In this document: positions 35,241-45,555 of the stretch, one piece after another
Layout: each line of letters starts with the position of its first letter
Position numbering within the stretch: the stretch's first letter is position 1
DNA from: Gemmatimonadales bacterium
Lineage (GTDB): Bacteria; Gemmatimonadota; Gemmatimonadetes; Gemmatimonadales; Gemmatimonadaceae
DNA: 64,000 nt
NCBI GenBank assembly: GCA_038325515.1
Contig: JBBQJC010000011.1
Span: 6,025-70,024 of the forward strand
Direction: 5' to 3'
Position numbers and translations under genes: made by a program
Notes under the pieces: model-generated
Database searches by the model: none
What the model saw: the letters and a program-made list of their open reading frames with translations, nothing else
What the model was told of the DNA's origin: nothing

Positions 35241-35897
35241 TCACGTGCCGGGCATCCAGGCGCAGCCGGCGTTCTGCGCGCGGATGAGTGCATAGATGCC
35301 CGATGGGACGAGGATCGCGCCCGGTATGAGATTGTTGCGCCACTCCGTCTTCACGGCCTCCGGATCCCGCTGCCGCTTCTCGGCCATGCCGGTTGCCCAG
35401 TTGCCGAGAGCCACGTCGCAGACCAGGCAGATCAACCCTCGCCGTTGCAGGGGCTCGAGCGCATGCTGGGTCTCCCAGCCCTTGGCTCCGTCGCGCGCCT
35501 TCCAGTACACGTTGCGAGTCGCCGCCACGCCGGTGTTCGGGTCCTTGATCTTTTGATCCTCGCCGATGGCGTAGCGTTCCCACAGCGCGTCGTTGAGAGC
35601 CATCGGCGTTCCCATGCGCCGAAAGACGATGACCGGGCGCATCTGCTGGTCGCTCGTCCCGTGAACGGCATGGAAGTCGTCGAGAAACGAGCTTACGTAG
35701 CTGAGAACGCTGCCGTCGCTCACCTCACTCGTGTTGAACACGACACGGTGCTGCGCTGGCGCCAGGCGATCGAGCCATGACGTATCCCACGGACCGCCGT
35801 CGCGCCGGGACGCGGCGTGCAGCTCATCAACGTCGACCGTGAGGCTCGCAGCAAGCGCGCCGAGCTGCCCGATGAACTCTCGCCGAGCGATTGTCAT
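35241..35897 (-). CDS. Tat-exported hypothetical protein
   Basis: 'MTIARREFIGQLGALAASL' twin-arginine signal. Confidence 0.6.
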   Translation of the reverse strand: MTIARREFIGQLGALAASLTVDVDELHAASRRDGGPWDTSWLDRLAPAQHRVVFNTSEVSDGSVLSYVSSFLDDFHAVHGTSDQQMRPVIVFRRMGTPMALNDALWERYAIGEDQKIKDPNTGVAATRNVYWKARDGAKGWETQHALEPLQRRGLICLVCDVALGNWATGMAEKRQRDPEAVKTEWRNNLIPGAILVPSGIYALIRAQNAGCAWMPGT

Positions 35898-36048
35898 CCT
35901 GACCTCCCCATTGAGGAATCTCGTTGCCAGAGGCGGCCTTCCCAGCTCCCCGCGACCATACAGTCACGTTAGTGAGCGAACCGCGAAGCCTCCCTCGCGC
36001 AGCTCGCATCCCCGCCCGGCGCCTCGGCTCGATCGCGGGCGACTCCAA

Positions 36049-36618
36049 TCATTGCGAAGGCAGCGCGGCTCCGCCAGCCGTCCGTCCCATTCGGCGCTCC
36101 GCCGCGATCGCCGCCCCCACGAGCAGCATCACCCCCAGGCTCATCGTCCCGAGCACGAACGGGATCGCCATCAGGTTCGCGCAGCAGCGCGCGCAGTGCA
36201 CACCGTAGCGCAGTCCCCGCCACCACGCCGCACGCGCATCGGCATCGGCATCGCGCGCACCCGGACACGCGAGCATCTGCCGGCAGCACGCGAGATCCCG
36301 CGCCTTCCGCGGCGCCAACTGGTAGGCGATGGCGACTGCCACGATTACCCAAGCGGTGGCGGGATCCAGGCGGCCGACGAGCCCCGAGACCGGATAGGCC
36401 AGCAGCCCGATCCCGATCCACACCACGAAGTATCCGGCGGCAACCATCACCGTGAGGATACCGGCGCGCAGTGCGCCGGCACCCACCACGTACCGCCGGT
36501 AGCGCACCAGCAGCGGGAGCAGCGACGGCAGCATCATCGCCGCCGTCATCACTGTCCACATGCCGACGAACGCCGCGACCGCGGCGGTCCCCGTCTGGCC
36601 CGGCATCTCCATGTCCAT
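36049..36618 (-). CDS. DUF2182-family putative metal-binding membrane protein
   Basis: 'FVGMWTVMTAAMMLPSLLPLL' and 'CARCCANLMAI'. Confidence 0.7.
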   Translation of the reverse strand: MDMEMPGQTGTAAVAAFVGMWTVMTAAMMLPSLLPLLVRYRRYVVGAGALRAGILTVMVAAGYFVVWIGIGLLAYPVSGLVGRLDPATAWVIVAVAIAYQLAPRKARDLACCRQMLACPGARDADADARAAWWRGLRYGVHCARCCANLMAIPFVLGTMSLGVMLLVGAAIAAERRMGRTAGGAALPSQ

Positions 36619-36621
36619 CGC

Positions 36622-37332
36622 TCAGACCGGATACTCGTCGCGCCGACGCCACCAGAAGTCCTGCTCGTTCCGGCCCAGCGGCGCGCGGTCGAGCCACTGG
36701 TAGGCGCCCCACAGCCCATCCAGTCCGCGGCCATAGGCGGAGTACGTGTGGAACAGCTCGCCGTCCTGCAGCACGAAGGCGCTGATGCCGGGCCGATCGA
36801 TGGTCCCCCCCTTCACCGGTGCGCTCGGCGCCGGCTCACGACGGTAGTTGTACTCGACGCCGGCCTCGCGCTGCTCCTTCGTGAACGTCACGCCGAAGTC
36901 GGCGTTGAAGTCAGTGCCGAACGACGACACGAACGGGTAGCGCCACCCCATCCGCTCCCGGTAGGACTCCAGCTGCGCGAACGGCGCCCTCGCCACAGCC
37001 GTCACCATGACGTCATGGTTGGCGAGATGCGTGGCGAACCCGTCCAGCCCGTCCGCGATCGCCGAGCATGCGGGACATCCCGCCTCCGCGTCGGGTCCCA
37101 GCATGAAGTGCTGGACGAGGAGCTGCGACCGGCCGCGAAAGAGATCGGCCAGCGTCACACTCCCCTCACCGGTCTCGAAGCTGTAGCTTTTTTCCACCTT
37201 CACCCAGGGCAGCTCCATCCGCTTGCGCGCCAGCTCGTCCCCCTGCCGCGTGTGCGCCTTCTCTTCCGCGAGCAGCTCGCGCCGCGCGGCCAGCCACTCT
37301 TCCCGGTTACCTGTTGCATGCATCGTCATCAT
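36622..37332 (-). CDS. DUF899 thioredoxin-like protein
   Basis: Start 'MMTMHATGNREEWLAARRELLAEEKAHTR'. 'SQLLVQHFMLGPDAEAGCPACS' and 'FVLQDGELFHTYSAYGRGLD'. The upstream 180 codons of the tracked ORF are rejected. Confidence 0.8.
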   Translation of the reverse strand: MMTMHATGNREEWLAARRELLAEEKAHTRQGDELARKRMELPWVKVEKSYSFETGEGSVTLADLFRGRSQLLVQHFMLGPDAEAGCPACSAIADGLDGFATHLANHDVMVTAVARAPFAQLESYRERMGWRYPFVSSFGTDFNADFGVTFTKEQREAGVEYNYRREPAPSAPVKGGTIDRPGISAFVLQDGELFHTYSAYGRGLDGLWGAYQWLDRAPLGRNEQDFWWRRRDEYPV

Positions 37333-37440
37333 CGCTGTGTCTCCTCGCGTTGGGTGTGATCTTCCGTGCGACGGAGAGATAGATCGCGATGACTGCAACG
37401 TGAGAGTTACAAGTGTGACGGGATTCCGCGCGGCGCGCTC

Positions 37441-38661
37441 ATGGATTCGCTGATCACCGCCGCGGCGCGCGCGCTGGCCGTCGGCGACCCGCTCGGCGCC
37501 CTCAAGCGGGTGGCCCTGCGCGACGACCCGCCAGCACTCGCCCTCCGTGGCATCGCGATGGCGCAGCTCGGCGATCTCGCGCGGGCGAAGATCCTGCTGC
37601 GGAGCGCCGCCCGCGCTTTCGGGCCCAGGGAAACCGTCGCGCGCGCGCGCTGCATCGTCGCCGAGGCGGAGATCGCGTTCGCGGCCCGCGACCTGGGGTG
37701 GTCGGCAACGGCGCTCTACACGGCCCGCGCGACGCTCGAGGCGCACGGCGACCGGGTGAACGCCGCGCACGCACGCTACCTCGAGATCAGGCGCCAGCTG
37801 CTGCTCGGCCGCACCGACGACGCGGAACGCGCCCTCGCCGCGCTCGATCCCGTCACCCTTCCCCCCGCGACGCGCGCGGTGCACGAGCTCATCCTCGCCG
37901 GCATCGCCATGCGACGGATCCGTGCGGCTGACGTGCGCCTGGCGCTGTCACGCGCCGCGCGCGCCGCGAGCGACGCCGGCATCCCGGCGCTCGTCGCCGA
38001 GGTCGAGCAGGCGACGCGCCTGTTCGGCGCTCCCGCGGCCAGGCTCGTCGCGCAGGGCGAGGAGCGCGTGCTGGGGCTCGAGGGGGTGGAGGCCGTCCTG
38101 GCATCCGACGCCCTGGTGGTGGATGCCTGCCAGCGAGTGGTCCGCGGCGGTGGCCGCGTCGTCTCCCTCGCCACTCGGCCCGTGCTGTTCGCCCTCGTGC
38201 GTACGCTCGCCGAGTCGTGGCCGGCGGATGCCCCGCGCGACATGTTGATCGCGCGCGCCTTCGGCTCGCGGTTCGTGGATGAGTCGCATCGCGCGCGGCT
38301 CCGTGTCGAGATGGTGCGCCTGCGCGCGGCGCTTCGCGACCTGACCGGCGTGAGCGCCACGAAGCGCGGCTTCGCCCTCTCGCCCGATGGCGCACGCGAG
38401 GTAGTCGTCCTGGCGCATCCGGTCGAGGACGAGAACGCCGGCGTCCTCGCCCTCCTCGCCGACGGAGAATCGTGGTCGAGCTCCGCGCTGGCGCTTGCGC
38501 TCGGCACGAGTCAACGCACAGTTCAGCGCGCGCTGGAGGCGCTGGAGGCGAGCGGCAAGGCCCAGTCTTTCGGGAGAGGGCGCGCGCGCCGGTGGGTCAC
38601 GCCACCCCTTCCCGGATTCGCGACAACCTTGTTACTCCCCGATGCGCTGCCGATCCCGTAG
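37441..38661 (+). CDS. Hypothetical regulator: helical (TPR-like) N-terminal region with C-terminal winged-helix-like segment
   Basis: 'WSSSALALALGTSQRTVQRALEALEASGKA' resembles an HTH. The rest is Ala/Leu/Arg-rich and helical. Confidence 0.5.
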   Translation: MDSLITAAARALAVGDPLGALKRVALRDDPPALALRGIAMAQLGDLARAKILLRSAARAFGPRETVARARCIVAEAEIAFAARDLGWSATALYTARATLEAHGDRVNAAHARYLEIRRQLLLGRTDDAERALAALDPVTLPPATRAVHELILAGIAMRRIRAADVRLALSRAARAASDAGIPALVAEVEQATRLFGAPAARLVAQGEERVLGLEGVEAVLASDALVVDACQRVVRGGGRVVSLATRPVLFALVRTLAESWPADAPRDMLIARAFGSRFVDESHRARLRVEMVRLRAALRDLTGVSATKRGFALSPDGAREVVVLAHPVEDENAGVLALLADGESWSSSALALALGTSQRTVQRALEALEASGKAQSFGRGRARRWVTPPLPGFATTLLLPDALPIP

Positions 38662-38670
38662 ACTCCGGGC

Positions 38671-39315
38671 ATGACCACGACCAACACGACCCGCGCCGAG
38701 ATCGTCGGCGAGTACGGCCCCTTCCCCGGCGTCGCGCAGGTGGCCGGCGTCACTTGCGACGGACACCATGTGTGGTTCGCGTCGGGCGGCGCGCTGAACG
38801 AGCTCGATCCGGAGAGCGGAGCGCTCGTGCGCACCCTCGACGTTGCCGCGCACGCCGGCACCGCCTTCGACGGCACGCACCTCTACCAGATCGCCGAGGA
38901 CCGCATCCAGAAGATCGATCCGGCGAGCGGCAGCGTGCTCTCGAGCATTCCCGCCCCGGCGGGCGGATGCTCCGGCCTCACCTGGGCCGAGGGGTCGCTG
39001 TGGATCGGGGAGTATCGCGCCCGCAAGATCCACCAGATCGATCCCGACACCGGCGCCGTACGGCGCACCATCACGTCCGACCGCTTCGTTACCGGTGTCA
39101 CCTGGGTGGACGGCGAGCTGTGGCACGGCACGTGGGAAGAGGAGGCCAGCGACGTGCGCAGAGTGGACGCGACGACCGGCGCCGTGCTCGAGCGCCTCGA
39201 GCTCCCTGAGGGAGTGAAGGTCTCCGGGCTCGAATCGGATGGCGGCGAGCGGTTCTACTGCGGCGGCGGTCCCACCGGAAAGGTGCGGGCCATCAGGCGC
39301 CCGAAGAAGGGCTGA
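38671..39315 (+). CDS. Beta-propeller protein, glutamine-cyclotransferase-like
   Basis: Repeated 'xxIDPxxGxVxxxI' blades ('IQKIDPASGSVLSSI', 'IHQIDPDTGAVRRTI', 'VRRVDATTGAVLERL'). The family assignment is tentative. Confidence 0.5.
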   Translation: MTTTNTTRAEIVGEYGPFPGVAQVAGVTCDGHHVWFASGGALNELDPESGALVRTLDVAAHAGTAFDGTHLYQIAEDRIQKIDPASGSVLSSIPAPAGGCSGLTWAEGSLWIGEYRARKIHQIDPDTGAVRRTITSDRFVTGVTWVDGELWHGTWEEEASDVRRVDATTGAVLERLELPEGVKVSGLESDGGERFYCGGGPTGKVRAIRRPKKG

Positions 39316-39461
39316 CGCCGCCGTGTGGTGTGGGACGCGTGGCTCTACTCGCATGACTGGTGGCGTGGAGGCAGGGCGAGCCTGCCTCCGCGACGACTCG
39401 CATCGCGCGCAGACACCGATCATCACCGCCGCGTCGGAGCGACACGCGGCGGCGTCCTGAC

Positions 39462-39842
39462 TCAGGGCGTGCCGCCGAGAGTCATCGCGAACGTGCCCAA
39501 GACCCCGGGGGCTGATTCGGGATATCCGTTGGTGAAATAGCCGGCACCGGTGCCAGTGCTGAAGTTGCAGGACCCGCAATACACCACCGCGAAGCCCGAT
39601 GGGGCGGACGGATCGGGAGGTGACGCGGGCGGCGGCGGATACGTCGAGAACGGGGCCTGGAGGATGAAGGCGACCGGCAAAGCCGAGTTTCCGGACAAGC
39701 CCACCGTGTAGCTCATGGGGATGCCTGAGCTCACCGCCGTTCCATCCGCATTGAACGAGACAGCCATCGCGAGGGCTGCGTCACCATTCGGCACGAACGT
39801 CCAGTCGACCGAATCCTGCCCCGCACCGAGCATGCTTGCCAT
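39462..39842 (-). CDS. Hypothetical protein
   Basis: ORF from 'MASMLGAGQDSVDWTF'. No motif recognised. Confidence 0.35.
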   Translation of the reverse strand: MASMLGAGQDSVDWTFVPNGDAALAMAVSFNADGTAVSSGIPMSYTVGLSGNSALPVAFILQAPFSTYPPPPASPPDPSAPSGFAVVYCGSCNFSTGTGAGYFTNGYPESAPGVLGTFAMTLGGTP

Positions 39843-40046
39843 TTGATCGTGTCTCCGGTTTCCGGGTTTTCCTCGAGCTGCTGAGTTCGGCGAGGGCACC
39901 ATCGTAGCGCTCGGACCCGGTGTGCACCAGCCTCGATTGATCGGCAGGGGGGTGGACAGCTCGCTCCGCCTCTGCTGGCCGGGCCGGCTCGCGCGGTCTC
40001 CGACTCGCTGCAGGGGACTGACGCTCGTCCTCGGGTGACCTCTTCC

Positions 40047-41666
40047 TCAGGCCAACACCGCGCGACGCGCGCGATCCTCCTCCCACTCCACGAACGGGCC
40101 GTCGAAGTCGGCGAGCCGTGTCCCGTCGAACCACCAGACGCGCGTCGCGACCTCCCGCAGGAAGGCGCGGTCGTGGCTCACCAGCAGCACCGTGCCGTCG
40201 TACTCGTCGAGCGCGTCCTCGAGCACCTCGATGTTCTCGACATCGAGATGGTTCGTCGGCTCGTCGAGCACCAGGAGGTTGGCATGCGCGAGCGTCATGC
40301 GCGCGAGCGCCATCCGCGCGCGCTCGCCACCGCTCAGCGTGCCGATCTCGCGGAGGACCTCGTCGCCGCTGAAGCCGAAGGCGCCGAGGTGGTTCTGCAC
40401 CTGGCCGCGGTTCCAGAGCGGACGCTCGTCCTGGATCGCGTCGAACATCGACTTGCGCAGCGGCAGGTCGGCCAGGTCCTGCCGGAACCAGGCAGCGGTG
40501 ATCGAGCCGCCGACCCGCGCCTGGCCGGCCGCGGGCGCGCGATCGCCGAGGATCGTCGAGATGAACGACGACTTGCCGGCGCCGTTCGGGCCGACGAGCG
40601 CGACGAAGTCGTTCCGTCGCAGCACTGCCGTGAAGCCGTCCACGAGCACGCGGTCGGGCACCTCCACGCGGAGCCCGTCGATCGCGACCACCTGGTCGCC
40701 GCCGCGCTCGGACGTCTCGAACTGGAGGCTCATCGCCGCCGGATCGCCGGGCGGCGGCGCCAGCCTCGGCAGTCGCTCCAGCCGCTTGCGCTTGCCCTTA
40801 GCCTGGAAGGAGTTCACGCCGGCGATGTTGCGGCGGATGTACTCCTCCTCCTTCTTCACGTACGCGCGCTGCTTCTCCATCTCGCGCTCGCGCGTGAGCC
40901 GCCGCTCCGCCCGCTGCGGCACGAACTGGCTGTAGTTCCCCTTGTACGTCTCGCTCGAGCGGGCCTCGACGTGCAGGATGTTCGTGCAGATCGCGTCCAT
41001 GAAGGCGCGATCGTGCGACACCACGATCACCGTCTCGTCGGCCTCGTTCAGCCAGTCCTGCAGCCAGGTCGTGGTGTCGAGGTCGAGATGGTTGGTCGGC
41101 TCGTCGAGGAGGAGCAGGTCGGCGGGGGCGATGAGCTGCGCGGCAAGCCCCACGCGCCCGCGCTCCCCCCCCGACAGCGACGACACGAGCCGTGTCTTCG
41201 ACTCCTCGGCATCGAAGCCGAGTCCCTGCAGCACCGCGTCGACGCGTGCGTGATAGACGTAGCCGCCGAGATCGGCGAACCGCTCCTGGTCGCGTCCGAA
41301 CCGTTCGAGGAACTCGCCGGTGACGCGCTCGCCCAGCTCACCGAGCTCGATCGCCTGCCCGGCGATGCGCTGTTCCAGGGCCATGACGTCGCGCCAGGCG
41401 GCGGCGCCCGCCTCCCAGACCGTGGTGGCGCCCTCGAAGGCGCGGTGCTGGTCCAGCAGGGCGTGCCGGAGTCCCGGCTTGCGCGAGACGCTCCCCACCG
41501 TGGGCTTGAGATCCCCGGTGATGATCCTGAAGATCGAGGTCTTGCCGGCGCCGTTGCGCCCGATGATCCCCCACCGCTCGCCGTCGGCGACGGTGAAGGT
41601 GATGTTCTTGAACAGTTCGGTCGCGCCGAAGGAGACGCCGACGTTGGAGACGGAGAGGAGGGTCAC
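40047..41666 (-). CDS. ABC-F family ATPase (two ABC domains, no TM domain)
   Basis: Two Walker A sites ('GRNGAGKTS', 'GPNGAGKSS'). Two signatures ('LSGGERGRV', 'LSGGERARM'). Two Walker B sites ('LLLLDEPTNHLD', 'LLVLDEPTNHLD'). Confidence 0.9.
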   Translation of the reverse strand: MTLLSVSNVGVSFGATELFKNITFTVADGERWGIIGRNGAGKTSIFRIITGDLKPTVGSVSRKPGLRHALLDQHRAFEGATTVWEAGAAAWRDVMALEQRIAGQAIELGELGERVTGEFLERFGRDQERFADLGGYVYHARVDAVLQGLGFDAEESKTRLVSSLSGGERGRVGLAAQLIAPADLLLLDEPTNHLDLDTTTWLQDWLNEADETVIVVSHDRAFMDAICTNILHVEARSSETYKGNYSQFVPQRAERRLTREREMEKQRAYVKKEEEYIRRNIAGVNSFQAKGKRKRLERLPRLAPPPGDPAAMSLQFETSERGGDQVVAIDGLRVEVPDRVLVDGFTAVLRRNDFVALVGPNGAGKSSFISTILGDRAPAAGQARVGGSITAAWFRQDLADLPLRKSMFDAIQDERPLWNRGQVQNHLGAFGFSGDEVLREIGTLSGGERARMALARMTLAHANLLVLDEPTNHLDVENIEVLEDALDEYDGTVLLVSHDRAFLREVATRVWWFDGTRLADFDGPFVEWEEDRARRAVLA

Positions 41667-41942
41667 GCAACAGATGGGAGAGGAGCCAGGCGAAGCGGCA
41701 GCGGCGCGCGGGAGGGGCGCTGCGAGGTACGATGATCAGCCTGCGAAAGCTAAGCCCTTGCCGTCGTCAGGGGCGCCTGGGCGGTCGCTGGGCGCTCGCT
41801 TCACCAGCTCACCCGACAGCTGCAGCGGGTCGATGGCGACTTGACGACTCTCAGCTCCAGCTACTGGCGACGGGCCCTGTCGGAGAGCTTGGATGGACCC
41901 CGCCGACGCCGGCCGTGCCCTCGGTCATCGACAGAGCCCCGA

Positions 41943-42449
41943 ATGCGCAATCAGCTCACCCTGCTGGCCGCCGTCTCCATCGTCGTCATCACGACTGCCT
42001 GCGCGTCATCCGGCGGCGGTGCCCCATCCGCCCGATCGAGCTGCGCGCTCCTGCCGGGCGACTCCGTCTTCGCCGCCCACGCTCCGGTCTTCCGCGACTG
42101 CGCCGTGACGACGAAGGCCAGGGTGCTCTCCACGAGCGTCCATGCCGAGTTCACCCCGACCGGCGCGGCGAGCTGCGACAGCGCCGAGTACGAGTTCGTC
42201 GTGACTCCCGGCGGGTTGGTCGACGTCGAGACCGCGCGCCTGGTGAAGTCGAACGACCAGCAGTTCGCCGATGCGGTACGCCTGGTGCGAGCGCGCCTCA
42301 AGTACGAGCCCGCCACGCGCGACGGCGCCCCGGTCGCGCAGATCGCAGACTTCAAGCAGGCCATGCAGCGAATGACGGTAGTCGTGCCCGCCGGCACCTC
42401 GCCGTCATCGGTGCGGCCACGTGGTATGAGCAGCCGGCCGACCTGCTGA
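41943..42449 (+). CDS. Lipoprotein with TonB-C-terminal-like domain
   Basis: 'LLAAVSIVVITTAC' lipobox. 'EYEFVVTPGGLVDVETARLVKSNDQQFADAVRLVRARLKYEPATRDGAPV'. Confidence 0.5.
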   Translation: MRNQLTLLAAVSIVVITTACASSGGGAPSARSSCALLPGDSVFAAHAPVFRDCAVTTKARVLSTSVHAEFTPTGAASCDSAEYEFVVTPGGLVDVETARLVKSNDQQFADAVRLVRARLKYEPATRDGAPVAQIADFKQAMQRMTVVVPAGTSPSSVRPRGMSSRPTC

Positions 42450-42494
42450 TCGTCTCACGGGTCATGAGAGCCGGCCGAAGGTCCTGGCCAATCG

Positions 42495-42917
42495 TCAGCG
42501 CCTTTCCAGGCTTCCCGGATTCAGCGTGATGAAGACGAGCACCGTGACGACCGCGACGGCGACCGCCGTAATGGAGTGCGTGCGCGCCGAGAGGTAGACG
42601 GCGAGCAGGCTCCCCGCCTCGAGCGGCGCCCACGCCATCATCGCCCGCGGCGTCGCCGCGACCCAGTACGCGTCGGCCGGCTCGGCATTCGTCTTCCTGG
42701 GAACGCGCCGCCGAAGCAGGAGCGACAGCGCACACGTGCCGAGGGAGAGCGCCAGCAGCGCGGCGATCAGGCGTGGCGTGAGCTCGATCGACGAGGGATC
42801 GGACGGCTTGAAGACGAAGAAGCCGACGACGGCGAACAGAAGGACGCCCGTCACCATCGCGCCGTGCATGATGCGCGCTGCCTGGAAGGGCGGAAGCGTT
42901 GTCTGGGGTTCAGTCAT
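42495..42917 (-). CDS. Integral membrane protein (4 TM)
   Basis: Start 'MTEPQTTLPPF'. Hydrophobic segments throughout. Confidence 0.55.
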   Translation of the reverse strand: MTEPQTTLPPFQAARIMHGAMVTGVLLFAVVGFFVFKPSDPSSIELTPRLIAALLALSLGTCALSLLLRRRVPRKTNAEPADAYWVAATPRAMMAWAPLEAGSLLAVYLSARTHSITAVAVAVVTVLVFITLNPGSLERR

Positions 42918-43061
42918 GCGCGAGAAGATGCACCGCGGATGGCGCAACGGCGACGGGCAGCCTCCGGAGCAGAGACAATTCTCAGCTAGGCGTCCGGCTG
43001 GCTGATCGCGTGAGGGCGCCGCGACCGAACAGCGCGGCCACGAGCACGACGACTGTTGCGA

Positions 43062-43490
43062 TCAGTCCGGATCGCAGACCGTGGCGGCGGCCTCGGTCGC
43101 GTAACCGCGCCCCCACGCCGGCACCGCCACCCAGTAGCCCAGCTCCGCGCTGGCGCTCGCCGGCGCGAGCACGAGGCTCACCGCTCCCAGCCGCGTTCCG
43201 TGCTCTTCCTCGACGATGGCGTAGGTGAGCCGCTGTCGCGCATTCCACGCCGCCCTGTGCGTGGCGATCCACGTCTCGGCGGCGCCGAGTGGATAGGGAT
43301 GCGGGATCGTGAGCGTGGTATCGGCGATCTCCCAAGCGCCTGCGAGCGCCCGTACCTCAGCCGCGTCGGCGAGGGTGAAGGGGCGGACACGAAGGCGCTC
43401 GGTCGCGAGAGTGGGTTGGTCGGCGGACGCTGTCAATTCTCGAATGTCCGGTTTGACGCATGACGCCGCGCGGAAGGGAACGCGCCCCAA
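43062..43490 (-). CDS. GNAT (RimJ/RimL-like) N-acetyltransferase, apparently 3'-truncated
   Basis: 'TERLRVRPFTLADAAEV' and 'ELGYWVAVPAWGRGYATEAAATV', then a stop. The usual ~60 further residues were not found in any frame downstream. Confidence 0.55.
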   Translation of the reverse strand: MGRVPFRAASCVKPDIRELTASADQPTLATERLRVRPFTLADAAEVRALAGAWEIADTTLTIPHPYPLGAAETWIATHRAAWNARQRLTYAIVEEEHGTRLGAVSLVLAPASASAELGYWVAVPAWGRGYATEAAATVCDPD

Positions 43491-43561
43491 CCTGCGATCC
43501 CACCCGGTCCCGCGCGAACCCCGCCCCGAAACATCTCCGTCCCTCGCCTCGTCTTCCCAGC

Positions 43562-45496
43562 ATGACGCACCCCTCCCCCGACTTCCTCGACCTCCAGACG
43601 GCCCTGGCCGGCGAGTACTCCCTCCAGCGCGAGCTCGGCCGGGGCGGCATGGGGATCGTCTACCTCGCCCGCGACGTCCAGCTCGACCGCGACGTCGCCA
43701 TCAAGGTCCTCCCCACCCACCTCGCCCGCACCGCCGCGGCCCGCGAGCGGTTCGTCCGCGAGGCCCGCATGGCGGCGAGCCTCTCGCACCCGCACATCGT
43801 CCCGATCCACCGCGTCGGCGAGGCCGGCGGCTTCGTCTTCTTCGTCATGAGCTACGTCGAGGGCGAGACGCTCGGCGAGCGGCTCCGCGCGCACGGCCCC
43901 CTTCCCCCCGTCCAGGCGACGCGCGTCCTCCGTGAGGTCGCCTGGGCGCTCGCCTATGCCCACGGCCGCGGCATCGTCCACCGCGACGTCAAGCCCGACA
44001 ACATCCTCCTCGAGGCGGGCACGGGCCGAGCCCTCGTCACCGACTTCGGCATCGCCCACGGCGGCGAGGATGCGGCCCCCGACACCGACCCGGGCAGGAT
44101 CATGGGGACCGCCCACTTCATGAGCCCCGAGCAGGGGGCGAGCGAACAGGTGGACGGACGCAGTGACATCTACTCGCTCGGCGTCGTCGGCTACCTCGCC
44201 GTGAGCGGGCGTCTTCCGTTCGAGTCGCCGAACCTCCCCGCCCTTCTCGTCCGCCAGGCGACGGAGGCGCCGCCGAGCGTGATGACGGCAGCGCCCGGTC
44301 TCCCCCCGGCGCTCGCCGCCGCGATCGACCGGTGCCTCGCGCGCGACCCCGACGGCCGATTCGCCGACGGCGAGGCGCTCGCCGCCGCGCTCGTCCCCGC
44401 CGTGGACACGCGCCCCTCGCTCCCCGCGACGCTGCGCGCCTGGCTCGGGTCGAGCAACCCCGCCACCGCCGCCTACCTCGCGGCGTCCGGCGGCTTCACC
44501 TTGATGACGCTCGGCAACATCGCCAACACGATCGACAACGGGAATCTCTGGACGAACAAGCAGATCCTCGACGTCGCCATCCTCTCGACCCTCGCGGTAT
44601 CGGCGCTCGTTCCCATCGTCGGCTTCCAGCTGGTCCGGACCCGCCGCCTCTTTCGCGCGGGGTACACCCTCGCCGACCTCCGCACCGCGCTCGACGTCGC
44701 CGCACGCGAGCGCTCGGAGGGCGAGGCCCTCGCCGAGGTGGGACCCGAGACGACCAGGGCGCGGCTCCTGCGCGCCGGCTTCTTCGGCGGCGCGACCTGG
44801 GGCGCCGTCACGATCTTCCTCGTCCAGACCGGCGCGTTCGATGAGCGCACTGTCGGTCCCTTGCCCTTCGTGCTGCCGCTGGTGACCACCGCGCTGCTCG
44901 GCGTCGTCTGCAACATGCTCGACATCCAGCTCATTCCCGACGTGATCCGCAACCGGCTCAAGCCGGGGCTCCGCGACCGCCTCTGGCGCAGCCGGCTCGG
45001 CGCCTGGGTCGCGCGCCGGCTCGGCGCCCCGGAGCGCACGCGTCTCGCGGGCGCGGCGGCCTTCCGCGCCACCGAGGCGGCGCTCGGCGTCGCCGCGTCG
45101 GAGCTCTTCGCCGCGCTGCCGAAGGCGTACCGCGAGCAGCTGGCCGAGCTCCCCGCGACGGTTGCCGCGCTCGAGGCCCGCGCCGTGAAGGCGCGCGCCG
45201 AGGTCGATTCGCTCGCCGCCCTCGCGCCGTCGGGCTCGGTCGACGCGGCCCTCCTCGCCGCACGGCGCGAGCGGGCCGCGGCGCATCTTGGCGAGTGCGT
45301 CGCCGCGTTGGAGGGGATCCGGCTGGACCTGCTGCGCCTGCACGCCGGGGCGGGCGACCTCGCCCCCCTCACCACCCTGCTCGACGCGGCGCGCGTGCTC
45401 GGCGAGGACGTGAGCCGTCTGGCCGAGGCGCGTGACGAGGCCGAGGATGGCACGCGGCGGAGGCTCGGCGCGGGGCGGATACCGACGCCGGTGTAG
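43562..45496 (+). CDS. Hanks-type Ser/Thr protein kinase with C-terminal multi-TM and coiled region
   Basis: 'LGRGGMGIVYLARD...VAIKVL', 'HRDVKPDNILL', 'DFGIA', 'MSPEQ'. TM segments follow after residue ~330. Confidence 0.85.
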   Translation: MTHPSPDFLDLQTALAGEYSLQRELGRGGMGIVYLARDVQLDRDVAIKVLPTHLARTAAARERFVREARMAASLSHPHIVPIHRVGEAGGFVFFVMSYVEGETLGERLRAHGPLPPVQATRVLREVAWALAYAHGRGIVHRDVKPDNILLEAGTGRALVTDFGIAHGGEDAAPDTDPGRIMGTAHFMSPEQGASEQVDGRSDIYSLGVVGYLAVSGRLPFESPNLPALLVRQATEAPPSVMTAAPGLPPALAAAIDRCLARDPDGRFADGEALAAALVPAVDTRPSLPATLRAWLGSSNPATAAYLAASGGFTLMTLGNIANTIDNGNLWTNKQILDVAILSTLAVSALVPIVGFQLVRTRRLFRAGYTLADLRTALDVAARERSEGEALAEVGPETTRARLLRAGFFGGATWGAVTIFLVQTGAFDERTVGPLPFVLPLVTTALLGVVCNMLDIQLIPDVIRNRLKPGLRDRLWRSRLGAWVARRLGAPERTRLAGAAAFRATEAALGVAASELFAALPKAYREQLAELPATVAALEARAVKARAEVDSLAALAPSGSVDAALLAARRERAAAHLGECVAALEGIRLDLLRLHAGAGDLAPLTTLLDAARVLGEDVSRLAEARDEAEDGTRRRLGAGRIPTPV

Positions 45497-45513
45497 AGAT
45501 TCGGCGCAGGGAT

Positions 45514-45548
45514 GTCATCCCGCACGAGCGTCAGCGAGTGTCGGGATC
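45514..45548 (+). repeat. REP-like palindromic element (family member, between convergent genes)
   Basis: 'gtcatcccgcacgagcgtcagcgagtgtcgggatc'. Confidence 0.6.
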
Positions 45549-45555
45549 TACCGTG